Shown one piece after another: positions 1 through 10,548 of a stretch of 64,000 nt of DNA (position 1 is the stretch's first letter; each line of letters opens with the position of its first letter). The position numbers were made by a program, and so were the translations under genes. Source of the stretch: Candidatus Kerfeldbacteria bacterium (lineage in GTDB: Bacteria; Patescibacteriota; Patescibacteriia; UBA9570; XYC2-FULL-38-9); assembly GCA_016182555.1 (NCBI GenBank), contig JACPGJ010000007.1:192053-256052 (forward strand). Reading direction: 5' to 3'. Under the pieces are notes generated by a model, which saw nothing but the letters and a program-made list of their open reading frames with translations, made no database searches and was not told the DNA's origin.

Positions 1-69
1 CAACCAGACACTCCAATAGCGCCACATTTATTAGAGATCGTCGCTATCATGCCGGATATAAATCGATTC

Positions 70-1248
70 TCATAACGTAATAATTTCTTGAAAAAAATCT
101 TGCCATGGAAGAATAGATATAGAATCAAGGACACGTTTATGCGGTACACGACTCACACAATATAACACTGCTTCAGGGTACTGTTTACCAAATGAGCGCA
201 AATGACGCAAATCTGTTCCATCAATATTGTCGCTTGATTTTATTTCTACAGCAATTGTTTTACCCCGAGGTGTTTCTATAATTAAATCAATCTCAACACC
301 TGTAGACGAACGATAATAGCTGAATAGATAATCTCGTTTATGATATCGGGCAAGGCGCATCGTTTCCAGAATAACAAAATGTTCAAAGGCTGAACCAAAC
401 TCTGCGGTTCCCGGCTGCAATGGAACTCGAAGTTTTTTTGTTAATGCACGAACCACTCCCGTATCAAAAAAATAAAACTTTGGATGTTTAGTTAGTCTTT
501 GTCGCTGCGATTTTAAATACGGAAACAGAAATTGACCAATCAATGTGTCTTCTAACACCTGAAAATACGATTTAATGGTTTGGTATGATATGCCCGCCTG
601 ACGAGCAATATTTGAATAATTTATTTGGTTGCCATTTTCCATTGCCGCCAATGTGAGAAAACGCATAAACGGAGCAATGCCACGAATTTGAGCTTCGCGT
701 TCTATTTCTTCTTTCAAATACGTATCTACATAGGCATGTAAACGATCAATCGCCACTTCATCATCGTTTTCTATATATATTGAAGGTATTGTTCCAAATT
801 GCAATGCACGCATAAGGGAGAATTGTGGACCAAGTTCTTCTGTGGTGAGCGGAAACAGTTGATAGGTCAGCGCTCGGCCAGCAAGCAGATTCGCCTCGGA
901 GCGTTTGAGTTTACGTGCACTGGAACCAGTTAAAATAAAAAATGGGGCGTTGGGCTGTTCAATCAACCAATGTACTTCGTTAAGCAACGCCGGAATTCTT
1001 TGCACTTCGTCGATAATAATATGAGTGACTGTCGGTTTGCGTGCTTGTACTTCCGCTCGTAGTAATTCTGGATGCTCAGAAAACCGAAGATATTCTTCTG
1101 ACTTGAGTAAATCATAAGTAATTGTGTGTGCTGGAGCAAAAAGAGAGCGTAATAATGTACTTTTCCCTGTTTGACGTGGTCCAAAGAGGAAAAAACTCTG
1201 ATTTTTTGGCAATTGTATCTTTCTAGAAATCATACTTCTATAATACAC
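70..1248 (-). CDS. AAA+ ATPase with DUF4143 C-terminal domain
   Basis: Walker A GPRQTGKS, Walker B IIIDEVQ, LTGSS, KFYFFDTG and C-terminal EIDLI..VEIKS nuclease-like motif; start may be the second Met (MISRK). Confidence 0.9.
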   Translation of the reverse strand: MYYRSMISRKIQLPKNQSFFLFGPRQTGKSTLLRSLFAPAHTITYDLLKSEEYLRFSEHPELLRAEVQARKPTVTHIIIDEVQRIPALLNEVHWLIEQPNAPFFILTGSSARKLKRSEANLLAGRALTYQLFPLTTEELGPQFSLMRALQFGTIPSIYIENDDEVAIDRLHAYVDTYLKEEIEREAQIRGIAPFMRFLTLAAMENGNQINYSNIARQAGISYQTIKSYFQVLEDTLIGQFLFPYLKSQRQRLTKHPKFYFFDTGVVRALTKKLRVPLQPGTAEFGSAFEHFVILETMRLARYHKRDYLFSYYRSSTGVEIDLIIETPRGKTIAVEIKSSDNIDGTDLRHLRSFGKQYPEAVLYCVSRVPHKRVLDSISILPWQDFFQEIITL

Positions 1249-1287
1249 TGTATTATAGAAGTTGTCAATCTATTCTGCAATTTTTGC

Positions 1288-4287
1288 TTATTTTAGCACA
1301 ATATTTAAAATTTTTCCGGGGATGTAGATAACTTTCACCACACTCTTCCCTTCAATATGTTTTTGTACTTTTTCGGATTGCATCGCGGCGTCGCGAGCTT
1401 GGTTTTCTGATGAATCAACAGCAAGCGTAATGGTGTCGCGCATTTTTCCGTTTATTTGTACGGCCATGTTCACGGTTGTTTCTTTCACCAATTCCTCATC
1501 GTATTCTGGCCATGGTTGCTGAGCGATTTCTCCTTCAAAGTTGCATTGCTCCCATAACTCCGCCGTGATATGTGGCGCGAATGGTGAAAGAATGGTGATA
1601 AACAACTCAAACACCGATTGCGAAATCACCGGTTGTTTTTCAAATAGATTCAACGCAATCATCATCTGCGAAATAGCCGTATTGAAATCAAAACGATCTA
1701 TATCTTCTGTGACTTTTTTGATGGTGCGATGCAGTTCTGAAACGGTCGCTTTTTCTTCCGTCACATCTTTTTGCACTTTCTCTTTCAAGCGCCAAACACG
1801 ATCCAGAAACCGGCGAATGCCTTTTATGCTTTCTGTACTCCATGGTTTCATCTCTTCGAACGGACCCATAAACATTTCATACATGCGTAGTGTGTCGGCG
1901 CCATATTCGTTCACCACATCATCTGGGTTAATCACATTTCCTCGCGACTTACTCATTTTCTGATGGTCTGGTCCCAAAATCATGCCCTGGTTGCGTAGTG
2001 CCCCGAACGGCTCACGGCCAACCTCGGCTGGAATCAAACCAAAATCTTGCAACGCTTTATGAAAAAATCGTGCATACAACAAGTGCAGTACCGCGTGTTC
2101 AGCTCCACCCACATACATATCAACTGGCATCCACTGCTTCAATTTTTCTGGTGCAGCAAACATCTCTGTGTTCTTTGGGTCGCAAAAGCGCAAAAAATAC
2201 CAAGACGAACACGCAAATCCATCCATCGTATCATTTTCAAACCTCCAACCGTTGCCATACAATTTTTCTGCTCGCTCTTTCCACTCTACTGAACGCGCAA
2301 TTGGTGAATCTCCGGTTGGCCGGAAATCCACATCATTTGGCAATAACAAAGGTAAATGTTCTTCGCGAACTGGATGTATATTCCCTTCTGGGTCATACAC
2401 CATCGGAATTGGCGCGCCCCAATAGCGCTGTCGCGAAATTAACCAATCACGCAAACGGTAGGTTATTTTCTTGCGGCCACCAACTTTTTCACAAATTTTC
2501 CATTTCGCTTCTTCAGAATCTTCCCCATCAAATTCACCAGAATTTATAAGGTTACCACCACCAGCATAAACACTCTTTCCTACTAAAATATCCTTTAGTA
2601 CTTTTTGTTCATCGACATCAAACTGTGCCGTGCCGGGTAAAGCAGTAGATTGTATAGTAAGTGTATCCGGCTCAATAACACACACAATCGGCAAATCAAA
2701 CTTCTTCGCAAATTCAAAATCCCGTTCGTCGTGCGCGGGAACAGCCATAATGGCACCGGTGCCGTAGGTACCCAATACATAATCAGCAATCCAAATAGGT
2801 ATGCGTCGTCCGCTGCTTGGGTTCACGGCGTGTGCTCCGGTAAATACTCCGCTTTTTTCTTTATTCAAATCCGTTCGCTGCAAATCGGTTTTCTTTTTAG
2901 TGGCAGCAATATACTCTTCAACTGCTAAACGCTGTTGCGCAGAAGTAATCTGCGAAACCAACGGATGTTCTGGCGCAAGCACCATATAGGTTGCGCCGTA
3001 AAGCGTATCTGGCCGCGTGGTAAACACCGTAATCATTGGCACAGCCGCTTGTAAAACACTTGGCTCTTGAACCCCAGAAAAATGAGGCGTTTGAGCTTGT
3101 ACGAGAGTATAGGGCGCTTGTAAACGATCTGCCCACAGTTGACCATCACTTTCTGGCACCACATAATCACCGCTATCAAACAATACATGCAGGCGGGATA
3201 CATTGTTTCGAATGTGTACGAAACTAAATGGATATTGTACGGCTTTCGCCACCGTCGGACGGGCTTTGCCATCCAAAAAATTTGCTGTCGCTGGAGTGCT
3301 TACCAGAATAACACTCGCTAATTTTTTTGTTTCGGCAATGCGCAAAGCGACCAACCCACCAAATGAATGCCCAACGAGTACCGTCTGCTCATCAAGAGTA
3401 CATTGTTGCAACACCGCTTGCACTTGTTCTTCTAAATCTGGTGCCTCTGTATTCGGCAACACTGGCACTTGTACTTCATAGCCACGCTTAGTCAGTTCAC
3501 TCTGCAACCACGGTAAAAAATTGCTCATCGGTGAACCACCCTTTCCATGAATCAGAATAAACCGTTTTACTGGTGGTTGTGCTAAGACAAAATCAATCTC
3601 TGCGCCCTCAGAGCGTCCAATCCAATTTCGCTGCATGGCTTTAATCGGTTCTGGCCAATCCACTGCGTCCAAATCCTCCAGCAACTGCTGCGCATAGTCC
3701 GTGATTTTGAAAAACCACTGCTCTAAATCGCGTTGCACTACCGGATTTTTGCACCGCTCGCATGCGCCGTTCACCACCTGTTCATTGGCAAGTACCGTTT
3801 GGTCATGTTCACACCAATTCACTTTTGCTTTTTTGCGATACGCCAACCCGTGTTCATAGAATTGTAAAAACAACCACTGCGTCCATTTGTAATATGCGGG
3901 CGTTGAGGTATCCACTTCACGTGACCAATCATAACTCAACCCTAAACTTTGAATTTGACGACGAAAATTCTCAATATTGTTATGCGTTGAGGTATTCGGA
4001 TCTACACCAGTTTTAATGGCAAAATTCTCCGCTGGCAACCCAAATGCATCCCAGCCCATAGGGTGTAACACCTCAAATCCACGCATCCGTTTGTAGCGAG
4101 AAATAATATCTGTGGCGGTATACCCTTCCGGGTGCCCCACATGCAATCCTGCCGCTGATGGGTACGGAAACATATCTAAACAATAGAATTTTTTCATTTT
4201 CGCATCATCTGCAGCCGCAAATTGATTACGCTTTCGCCACTGTTTTTGCCATTTTGGCTCAATTTCTTGGGGGTTGTATTCATTCAT
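1288..4287 (-). CDS. leuS: Leucyl-tRNA synthetase with an in-frame inserted alpha/beta hydrolase domain
   Basis: MFPYPS..LHVGH (HIGH), KMSKS, TTRPDT editing motif, [15 protein letters not shown]; extra ~180 aa containing GHSFG. Confidence 0.97.
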   Translation of the reverse strand: MNEYNPQEIEPKWQKQWRKRNQFAAADDAKMKKFYCLDMFPYPSAAGLHVGHPEGYTATDIISRYKRMRGFEVLHPMGWDAFGLPAENFAIKTGVDPNTSTHNNIENFRRQIQSLGLSYDWSREVDTSTPAYYKWTQWLFLQFYEHGLAYRKKAKVNWCEHDQTVLANEQVVNGACERCKNPVVQRDLEQWFFKITDYAQQLLEDLDAVDWPEPIKAMQRNWIGRSEGAEIDFVLAQPPVKRFILIHGKGGSPMSNFLPWLQSELTKRGYEVQVPVLPNTEAPDLEEQVQAVLQQCTLDEQTVLVGHSFGGLVALRIAETKKLASVILVSTPATANFLDGKARPTVAKAVQYPFSFVHIRNNVSRLHVLFDSGDYVVPESDGQLWADRLQAPYTLVQAQTPHFSGVQEPSVLQAAVPMITVFTTRPDTLYGATYMVLAPEHPLVSQITSAQQRLAVEEYIAATKKKTDLQRTDLNKEKSGVFTGAHAVNPSSGRRIPIWIADYVLGTYGTGAIMAVPAHDERDFEFAKKFDLPIVCVIEPDTLTIQSTALPGTAQFDVDEQKVLKDILVGKSVYAGGGNLINSGEFDGEDSEEAKWKICEKVGGRKKITYRLRDWLISRQRYWGAPIPMVYDPEGNIHPVREEHLPLLLPNDVDFRPTGDSPIARSVEWKERAEKLYGNGWRFENDTMDGFACSSWYFLRFCDPKNTEMFAAPEKLKQWMPVDMYVGGAEHAVLHLLYARFFHKALQDFGLIPAEVGREPFGALRNQGMILGPDHQKMSKSRGNVINPDDVVNEYGADTLRMYEMFMGPFEEMKPWSTESIKGIRRFLDRVWRLKEKVQKDVTEEKATVSELHRTIKKVTEDIDRFDFNTAISQMMIALNLFEKQPVISQSVFELFITILSPFAPHITAELWEQCNFEGEIAQQPWPEYDEELVKETTVNMAVQINGKMRDTITLAVDSSENQARDAAMQSEKVQKHIEGKSVVKVIYIPGKILNIVLK

Positions 4288-4397
4288 AGTGCATCCATTG
4301 TATCGGAGCCGGCAAAAAACCGCAAAAGTTAGCCCAGTAAAACCAATAATTTGTTTAATGTTAGCAAAATTTTTTTATATGATGCACACAAAAACGA

Positions 4398-4426
4398 TTG
4401 ACCAAAATCACTAAAAATGGTATGCT
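4398..4426 (+). promoter_or_regulatory. sigma70-like promoter of the LysM/M23 gene
   Basis: TTGACC-17 nt-TATGCT with TG extension. Confidence 0.55.
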
Positions 4427-4462
4427 GCTGCCTACTAACAATACACAACTATTCAACTTCAG

Positions 4463-5791
4463 TTGAAAAAATTCCTTCTTCGCCTCAGCCTGCATGCCAT
4501 TCATGGGCTGCGCAAGCTCCTCGCCCTCATCAAGCATCTGGGTATATTGTTATTGCGTCCAATTGCTTTTCTCTGGAGTGTTACCCTGCGCCCGATTGCC
4601 ATTGTGATCTATAAAATTTATATCTTACTGAATCAACGTTCCAAACTTTTTTTTCATGCACAACATAAACTGTTGGCGGTCATTACCAACCGGTATGCCA
4701 TTCATGCGTTTGTGCTCTTGCTCAGCATTGGAGTCATGTTTACCAATATTGCCCAGGCAGAATCTGTGCGTTCCGAAGAGTTTGCGCAGCATAGTTTGTT
4801 CAACACGCTTTTTGCAACGAACGATGAAACCATCGTGACCGCAGAAACCATTGCTTCATCAAATACCACCTATATCAATACCGACGCTGTTGTACGTATT
4901 ACCCCAGTCATTGAAAATGATGAAACCACAGATGATAGTATTATTGTGGCTGGCAATGGTTCGGCCTTGGTCCAATCCAGTGGATTTGATTCAACAGGAA
5001 ACAGCAGCAATAGTATTCAACAATATACCGTTGAACCTGGTGATACGGCCAGCAGCATTGCCGCAAAATTCGGTGTATCTACCAAAACCGTTCTATCAAC
5101 AAACGGCCTCAGCGATTCATCACTGATTAAACCGGGTCAAAAACTCTACATTTTACCCGTCACCGGCGTTGCGTATACCGTGCAATCAGGAGATACGGTG
5201 GATAAAATTGCAGAAAAATTTAAAGGAAAATCTGAAGAAATCATTGCCTACAACGATTTTGTATCAGCCAGCGATTTGAAAGCCGGTGAAGAAATTATTA
5301 TTCCTAATGGACAAGCACCTGCTCCTCCGCCACCGGCACCGACCACTCACCTCAGTTCCATTCGCGATGTGTTTCAAGGTGGTGGCAACGCAACCAGTGG
5401 AACACCCGGGCCCAGTGCACCTGTGGCTGGCTCTGGTATGCAGTGGCCAACCGTCACTCACCGGCTATCGCGCGGATATTTAGGTGCGTATCATAATGGT
5501 TTAGATATCGATGGTAACTTTGGTGATCCAATTTATGCCACAAATAGTGGCCGAGTCGTGCAAGCAGGTTGGGTAGGTGGATATGGATATATGATACTCA
5601 TTGACCATGGAAACGGTATACAAACACGCTATGGCCATTTACAAAAATTATTTGTCAGCAGTGGCCAAAATGTCGGCAAAGGGCAAAACATTGGGGAGAT
5701 GGGTTCTAGCGGTAACTCCACCGGCTCGCACCTCCACTTTGAAGTCATCGTAGGTGGCAGCACAACCAATCCATATAACTACGTGAGATAA
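4463..5791 (+). CDS. Membrane-anchored LysM-domain M23 peptidase
   Basis: N-terminal hydrophobic segments, two LysM repeats (YTVEPGDT, YTVQSGDT), M23 motifs HNGLD, YGHL and HLHFE. Confidence 0.92.
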   Translation: MKKFLLRLSLHAIHGLRKLLALIKHLGILLLRPIAFLWSVTLRPIAIVIYKIYILLNQRSKLFFHAQHKLLAVITNRYAIHAFVLLLSIGVMFTNIAQAESVRSEEFAQHSLFNTLFATNDETIVTAETIASSNTTYINTDAVVRITPVIENDETTDDSIIVAGNGSALVQSSGFDSTGNSSNSIQQYTVEPGDTASSIAAKFGVSTKTVLSTNGLSDSSLIKPGQKLYILPVTGVAYTVQSGDTVDKIAEKFKGKSEEIIAYNDFVSASDLKAGEEIIIPNGQAPAPPPPAPTTHLSSIRDVFQGGGNATSGTPGPSAPVAGSGMQWPTVTHRLSRGYLGAYHNGLDIDGNFGDPIYATNSGRVVQAGWVGGYGYMILIDHGNGIQTRYGHLQKLFVSSGQNVGKGQNIGEMGSSGNSTGSHLHFEVIVGGSTTNPYNYVR

Positions 5792-5837
5792 AAAAAATAC
5801 CATCGCTGCAGATAAATACAAAGCGATGGTGTTTTTT
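5792..5837. terminator. Bidirectional intrinsic terminator
   Basis: ACCATCGCT/AGCGATGGT stem flanked by A- and T-runs between convergent genes. Confidence 0.65.
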
Positions 5838-5846
5838 AATAGGGAA

Positions 5847-6227
5847 TTAAGCGAGAGTTTTTTTGATTTTTTCGACAATTTCGGCAGTGGTGAAATTGGC
5901 TTTCACCAAGTAATCTTTTGCACCAAGGCTCAACCCCTGTTGTACCTTACTCTCTTGGCCAAAATTACTGAGAATGAGCACAGGAATATTAGCGACCGTT
6001 TGATCAGCCTGCTTCTTCAACGCTTCTAACACCTCAAAGCCACTCATGCCAGGCAGCATGATATCAAGCAAAATAATATTTGGTTTTTCGGCAATGGCTT
6101 TTTGTAAACCACTTTCTCCATCTGTTGCCAGCACAATGTTAAACCCTTCTTTGGTGAGTTTCGTTGAGATCAATTCTGATAAAAATTTGTCGTCTTCGAC
6201 AATCAATACTTTAATTGGATCGGCCAT
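5847..6227 (-). CDS. Stand-alone response regulator receiver
   Basis: VLIVEDD, LLDIMLP, LSN, YLVKA canonical receiver motifs. Confidence 0.93.
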   Translation of the reverse strand: MADPIKVLIVEDDKFLSELISTKLTKEGFNIVLATDGESGLQKAIAEKPNIILLDIMLPGMSGFEVLEALKKQADQTVANIPVLILSNFGQESKVQQGLSLGAKDYLVKANFTTAEIVEKIKKTLA

Positions 6228-6287
6228 AATTGAGATAATTAATTCTTAATAGTATTATACGCTATAATACGGTAAAATACAACTACT

Positions 6288-6980
6288 ATGTCTTCTGGAA
6301 TACTTTACACCGTTGCCACACCAATCGGCCACCTCGGCGATATGACTGTTCGGGCTGTGGAAACCCTGAAAAATGTTGACCTCATTGCTTGTGAAGATAC
6401 TCGGGAAACCAAGAAACTGCTTGACCACTATAGTATCTCCACACGTATGACAAGCTATCATGCACAGTCAACACAGACCAAAGAGGATGCTATTTTGGCT
6501 TTGCTGGCGGATGGTCAATCGGTCGCGTTAGTCAGTGACCGCGGAACGCCCGGTATTTCTGACCCCGGCGCTCGGCTGATTCAACGCGCTGTAGCCATGA
6601 GCATAACCGTTGTCCCCATTCCAGGGGCCACGGCGGTTATAGCGGCCTTGCAAGCCTCTGGTGCAGCCATGAGCGAATTTTGGTTTCGCGGTTTTGTCCC
6701 TCATAAAAAAGGACGGCAAACATTTTTTCAAGAAGCTATTGCTCATACCGGCACCGTGGTATTTTATGAATCGCCTCATCGCATTTTGAAATGTTTGGAA
6801 CAGCTGATTCAGCTTGGCGTTGGTGAGAGAACAATGATCGTGGCACGTGAACTCACCAAAAAACAAGAGGAGTTTTTGCGTGGACCGGCAGAACAAATAC
6901 TGAATACTATGCAAGAACGCAAAATTGATTACGGTGAATTTGTGGTAATTTTAAATGCCTATCACCATACCAAAATATGA
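6288..6980 (+). CDS. rsmI: 16S rRNA C1402 2'-O-methyltransferase
   Basis: VATPIGHLGD, ACEDTR, SDRGTPGISDPG, YESPHR, RELTK. Confidence 0.95.
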   Translation: MSSGILYTVATPIGHLGDMTVRAVETLKNVDLIACEDTRETKKLLDHYSISTRMTSYHAQSTQTKEDAILALLADGQSVALVSDRGTPGISDPGARLIQRAVAMSITVVPIPGATAVIAALQASGAAMSEFWFRGFVPHKKGRQTFFQEAIAHTGTVVFYESPHRILKCLEQLIQLGVGERTMIVARELTKKQEEFLRGPAEQILNTMQERKIDYGEFVVILNAYHHTKI

Positions 6981-6996
6981 CGAAAAGAAAATCCGT

Positions 6997-8562
6997 TTAC
7001 CATTCAAAACCAGCAGTATAACGAATAGCTTCTGCCAAGTGCACTGACTGTAACGGCTGCCCAGCCAAATCCGCAATGGTCAACGCTACTTTCAATGTTT
7101 TATGGTACCCACGCATGGATAAACGGTATTTTTCAACCGCTTGTCGCATCAACTGTTGTGATGACTGGTCCAAACTCACCATATTCATCAACTGTTTGGA
7201 AGAAAGCGCGGCATTGGGCTGACCCTGCCGTTGATATTGCCGCGTGCGTGCCGCTTCTACTCGTTGGCGAATCGTGGAGGAACGTTCACGTTGAGCGTCT
7301 GTGGTAGATTGCTGCTGGTGGATATCTTCGGTATTGATATAGGACACGGTCATTTTTATATCCATGCGGTCAAGTAACGGGCCGGATATTTTTCGTTTAT
7401 ACATTTCTATACTATAGGGCAAGCATTCACATTCTTTGTGCTTGCTGCGCTGCCCTTGTGCACGATTTTCCAAACCATAAAACCCACACGGACACGGGTT
7501 CATTGCTGCCACCACCATGCAGCGTGCCGGATAAGTTGCTTTCCCATGAATACGATGAATGGTCACACTGCCGGTTTCCAACGGTTGGCGCAGTGCTTCC
7601 AATAAATCACGCCGAAATTCTGGTAGCTCATCTAAAAACAGTACGCCGTGATGGGCAAGCGAAATCTCTCCAGGGCGCAGATGCACACCACCGCCAATAA
7701 TGGCTGTTGGTGAAGTGGTATGATGTGGCGCACGAAAAGGACGCTGCCAAATAATCGTGTTCCCCTGGTGCTCCACCAATGAATGAATCGTGGTTGCTTC
7801 AATCATTTCTGTGCTGGTCATGCGTGGTAAAATACTCGCCAACGCTTGTGCCAGCATACTTTTTCCCACACCAGGCGCGCCAACCATTAACAAATTGTGG
7901 CCGCCCGCTGCCGCGACTTCCAGTGCCCGCTTTGCCATCGGCTGGCCAACAATATCTTGCATATCCACGGGGTAGTGCGATAGGTGTTCATGAGGCTGTT
8001 GTTGATCGATGGCAGCAGGAATCGGACGTAGTGGATCAAGTTGCGCTTCGCTACAAAACACATCCACCAATGCTTTCAAGGATGACACCGGAAAAATATG
8101 CTGGCGTTGTTCTGGTTGTACCGCTAACGATACTTCTGGCGTATTCGCCTGCGGAATATAGATAGAACAATGCAAACGATTCATCGCCGTATCCACTAAT
8201 GGTAAGGCGCCCCGCACCGGTCGCAACGTGCCGTTCAGAGCCAGCTCACCAACAAAAAATTCTTGCGGTATTTGCGGCAGCACTCCAGACGCAGCAAGGA
8301 TACCAAGCGCGATAGGCAAATCAAACAGCGAACCAATTTTGCGTGTATGCGCAGGGGCGAGGTTCACGGTGACACGCGTCCGCGGAAACGGAAAACCAGA
8401 ATTTTTAATCGCGGAACGCACACGATCGCGTGCTTCAGAAACAGCAGCGTCGGGCAAACCGACAATAATAAACTGAGGAAGGCCATTGGCGACATCAACC
8501 TCAATATCTACAGGTGTGCAATCTAGCCCTTGAATGTTTAACGAACGAATTGTTGCAGTCAT
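6997..8562 (-). CDS. comM: ComM/YifB Mg-chelatase-like AAA+ ATPase
   Basis: IVGLPDAAVSEARDRV, GAPGVGKS, PFRAPHH, GEISLAHHGVLFLDELPEF, MNPCPCG. Confidence 0.93.
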   Translation of the reverse strand: MTATIRSLNIQGLDCTPVDIEVDVANGLPQFIIVGLPDAAVSEARDRVRSAIKNSGFPFPRTRVTVNLAPAHTRKIGSLFDLPIALGILAASGVLPQIPQEFFVGELALNGTLRPVRGALPLVDTAMNRLHCSIYIPQANTPEVSLAVQPEQRQHIFPVSSLKALVDVFCSEAQLDPLRPIPAAIDQQQPHEHLSHYPVDMQDIVGQPMAKRALEVAAAGGHNLLMVGAPGVGKSMLAQALASILPRMTSTEMIEATTIHSLVEHQGNTIIWQRPFRAPHHTTSPTAIIGGGVHLRPGEISLAHHGVLFLDELPEFRRDLLEALRQPLETGSVTIHRIHGKATYPARCMVVAAMNPCPCGFYGLENRAQGQRSKHKECECLPYSIEMYKRKISGPLLDRMDIKMTVSYINTEDIHQQQSTTDAQRERSSTIRQRVEAARTRQYQRQGQPNAALSSKQLMNMVSLDQSSQQLMRQAVEKYRLSMRGYHKTLKVALTIADLAGQPLQSVHLAEAIRYTAGFEW

Positions 8563-8644
8563 AAACAAAAAACTCCTGCCTGCTGATAGGGCTAAAGGAG
8601 TCCAACGCTGCTACTCTAACACGCTACTAAAAATTGAGCAACTA

Positions 8645-8965
8645 TTAACGAGATTGAATTTTTTTTATCGTGGCAATAAGCGTATCTTGCTGGTCATCTG
8701 AGTGCATTCTGTTTCTTTTTTGGTGGCCGCAGCGGCGACAGGCATGAACGAATATATATTCGCCATGTTCTAATTGAACATCGACTACATCCATGAGCCC
8801 TCCACAATCGGCTTGCCGGTCTCCAGGAAAAATATCCACGTGCTTGGACAATAAACAACGAGGGCAGTGATTACGGTATCCGTCCCCCTCTACTTGTTTG
8901 CCGCACGCTTCACAGACAAAATCCTCAACTCGTTTTTGAAATTGTTTTGTTGGCTTGTGGTGCAT
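8645..8965 (-). CDS. RNHCP-domain zinc-binding protein
   Basis: F.CEACG..YRNHCPRCL.SKHVD..PGDR..CGG..CRRCG; start set at MHHKPTK. Confidence 0.85.
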   Translation of the reverse strand: MHHKPTKQFQKRVEDFVCEACGKQVEGDGYRNHCPRCLLSKHVDIFPGDRQADCGGLMDVVDVQLEHGEYIFVHACRRCGHQKRNRMHSDDQQDTLIATIKKIQSR

Positions 8966-9473
8966 GTTCCTCTTTCCATAATGATAACGCGAGCGCGAGT
9001 ACACCCAAAATAATATAGATATCCGCTAAGTTAAATACGGACCAAAACGGAATGCTGATAAAATCAACAACAAAACCATAACGTACACGATCGAGAATAT
9101 TTGAAAAAGCACCAATGAAAACGAAAATGAGAAAAGCGACATGATGATCGTTACCCTGACGATGTTCTTTGATCGCCATCCAAAGCAGCGATATACTCAC
9201 GAGCGCTGTAGTGAGAAACACAATACTCGTAGGCGCCTCCACATAAAAGAGAAAATTTTTGTTACCCACCACGTTCAACTGCAACAAATTTGGAATCAAC
9301 ACAATAGGCTTATGCAAATAGGACAGTGCGATATATTTACTCACCCGATCAATACCATACAAACAGATAGCAAGGAGGGTGATGCGCAGAAAAAAACGCT
9401 GGCGCTTGTTGAACTGGCCCAGTGTGGGGAAATATTTCACAAAGAAGAAAAATTTATCGGTGAGTTTTGGCAC
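8925..9473 (-). CDS. lspA: Lipoprotein signal peptidase II
   Basis: IDRVSK, GAFSNILDR, VVDFI and VFNLAD motifs with TM helices. Confidence 0.9.
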   Translation of the reverse strand: MPKLTDKFFFFVKYFPTLGQFNKRQRFFLRITLLAICLYGIDRVSKYIALSYLHKPIVLIPNLLQLNVVGNKNFLFYVEAPTSIVFLTTALVSISLLWMAIKEHRQGNDHHVAFLIFVFIGAFSNILDRVRYGFVVDFISIPFWSVFNLADIYIILGVLALALSLWKEEHAPQANKTISKTS

Positions 9474-9834
9474 AATTCATGCATTCAGTGGCTGCGGAGT
9501 TGGCGCGCAAACGATCTTCGTTCATTGGCTGACCACACTGTTCACAGACTCCGTAACTCCCCTGTTCAATTTTTTTTAATGCATGTTGTATCTGTTCGAC
9601 GCGTGTACTCAATACACCAGTTGCGTCCAAAGATTCTAAATAATCTTGTACTTCTACAGGCGATTCAGAATTACTATCTAAACGATCATCGCCATAATTC
9701 GGGAATGTGGCGACGCGCGCACCCGGTGTATGGTTATGAACATCTGGTGTAGAAACACTATTCAAATCTTCTGTTAACAATTGCTGTTCTTTTTCCAATG
9801 CTTGTTTCATTTCATTGATAAATGCTTGATCCAT
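9454..9834 (-). CDS. TraR/DksA C4 zinc-finger protein
   Basis: Coiled coil plus GSYGVCEQCG..RL.A...CMNC; start set at MDQAF rather than the ORF-track start. Confidence 0.88.
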   Translation of the reverse strand: MDQAFINEMKQALEKEQQLLTEDLNSVSTPDVHNHTPGARVATFPNYGDDRLDSNSESPVEVQDYLESLDATGVLSTRVEQIQHALKKIEQGSYGVCEQCGQPMNEDRLRANSAATECMNCAKTHR

Positions 9835-9922
9835 AAAAATAAATTTAATCGATTTTTCTAAAATGCGGTGTAAGTGTATCGTGGATTTTCGCTTCTGTAA
9901 ACGGCAAAATTTCCTCCATAAC

Positions 9923-9954
9923 GAAAAGAGGGCGCCCCGAAGGGCGCCACTCTC
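9923..9954 (-). terminator. Intrinsic terminator with cUUCGg loop
   Basis: Minus strand GGCGCCC-TTCG-GGGCGCC followed by CTCTTTTC. Confidence 0.75.
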
Positions 9955-10417
9955 AATATATAAAAAGAGAATATAATGCGCTCGGAACGCCCTGGGTAAC
10001 TGTGTGGACTCTATGCCCCGCCTTCTCAAAAGAGGGCAAGACGTAAAGAATTTCCTCGCAGTTACAATATTGGGCCGCGAAAGCCACTAGCCAGGGGCTT
10101 CAACGCGAAAGAACTTCCCACAAGATGGCTGTAAGCGTGCATAAATGGTGCCCAAAGGGCAAAAAACACGCAAACTAGCCGAGATTTTATTTTTGTTTTA
10201 CGCCTCAACTGCACCAAAAGCGCAGGAGGCGAGCTAGATAAAATGCAGGAAGTACATCCTATACAAAAATGCTGGTGTAGGGTCTACACGTCAATTCCTC
10301 GAGAGCTTCGTTTTGCTTCGCAAAGCCGTGCTCTCTTCGAAATTGCCGCTTCGACCATAATCCAATTTCTGTATACGGTTTACTCCCCGCAATGAAGAGT
10401 GAAAAGGAACAATTGAT
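9923..10417 (-). ncRNA. Candidate large structured ncRNA (unidentified)
   Basis: No credible ORF; bounded by a consensus-like promoter and a terminator; many nested helices. Confidence 0.55.
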
Positions 10418-10423
10418 AAGAGA

Positions 10424-10452
10424 ATCATATCACATTCTTGAAAGCAGGTCAA
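10424..10452 (-). promoter_or_regulatory. sigma70-like promoter for the candidate ncRNA
   Basis: Minus strand TTGACC-17 nt-TATGAT with TG upstream of the -10. Confidence 0.65.
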
Positions 10453-10508
10453 CAATGTGGTGTAATTCTTTGCTGATTTCAGCAAAATTTACCCTGTTGA
10501 CGCTAGAG

Positions 10509-10533
10509 TTATCCACCGTAAAAGTTATCCACA
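10509..10533 (+). promoter_or_regulatory. Pair of DnaA-box-like sites
   Basis: TTATCCACC (10509-10517) and perfect TTATCCACA (10525-10533). Confidence 0.5.
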
Positions 10534-10548
10534 GGCTCCAAAAAAACA

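Noticed and set aside
3037-3576. Intein in leuS
   Set aside because: No Cys/Ser start or His-Asn end; the motifs are those of an alpha/beta hydrolase.
9835-10029. N-terminal extension of the DksA-like ORF given in the ORF track
   Set aside because: It runs through the terminator and structured RNA; MDQAF at 9834 fits the family better.
9923-10417. tmRNA, RNase P or SRP RNA
   Set aside because: No T-arm/CCA end, no GAGGAAAGUCC or SRP core motif found by eye on either strand; left unidentified.
10509-10533. Replication origin
   Set aside because: Only two boxes, no dnaA/dnaN nearby and no clear unwinding element.
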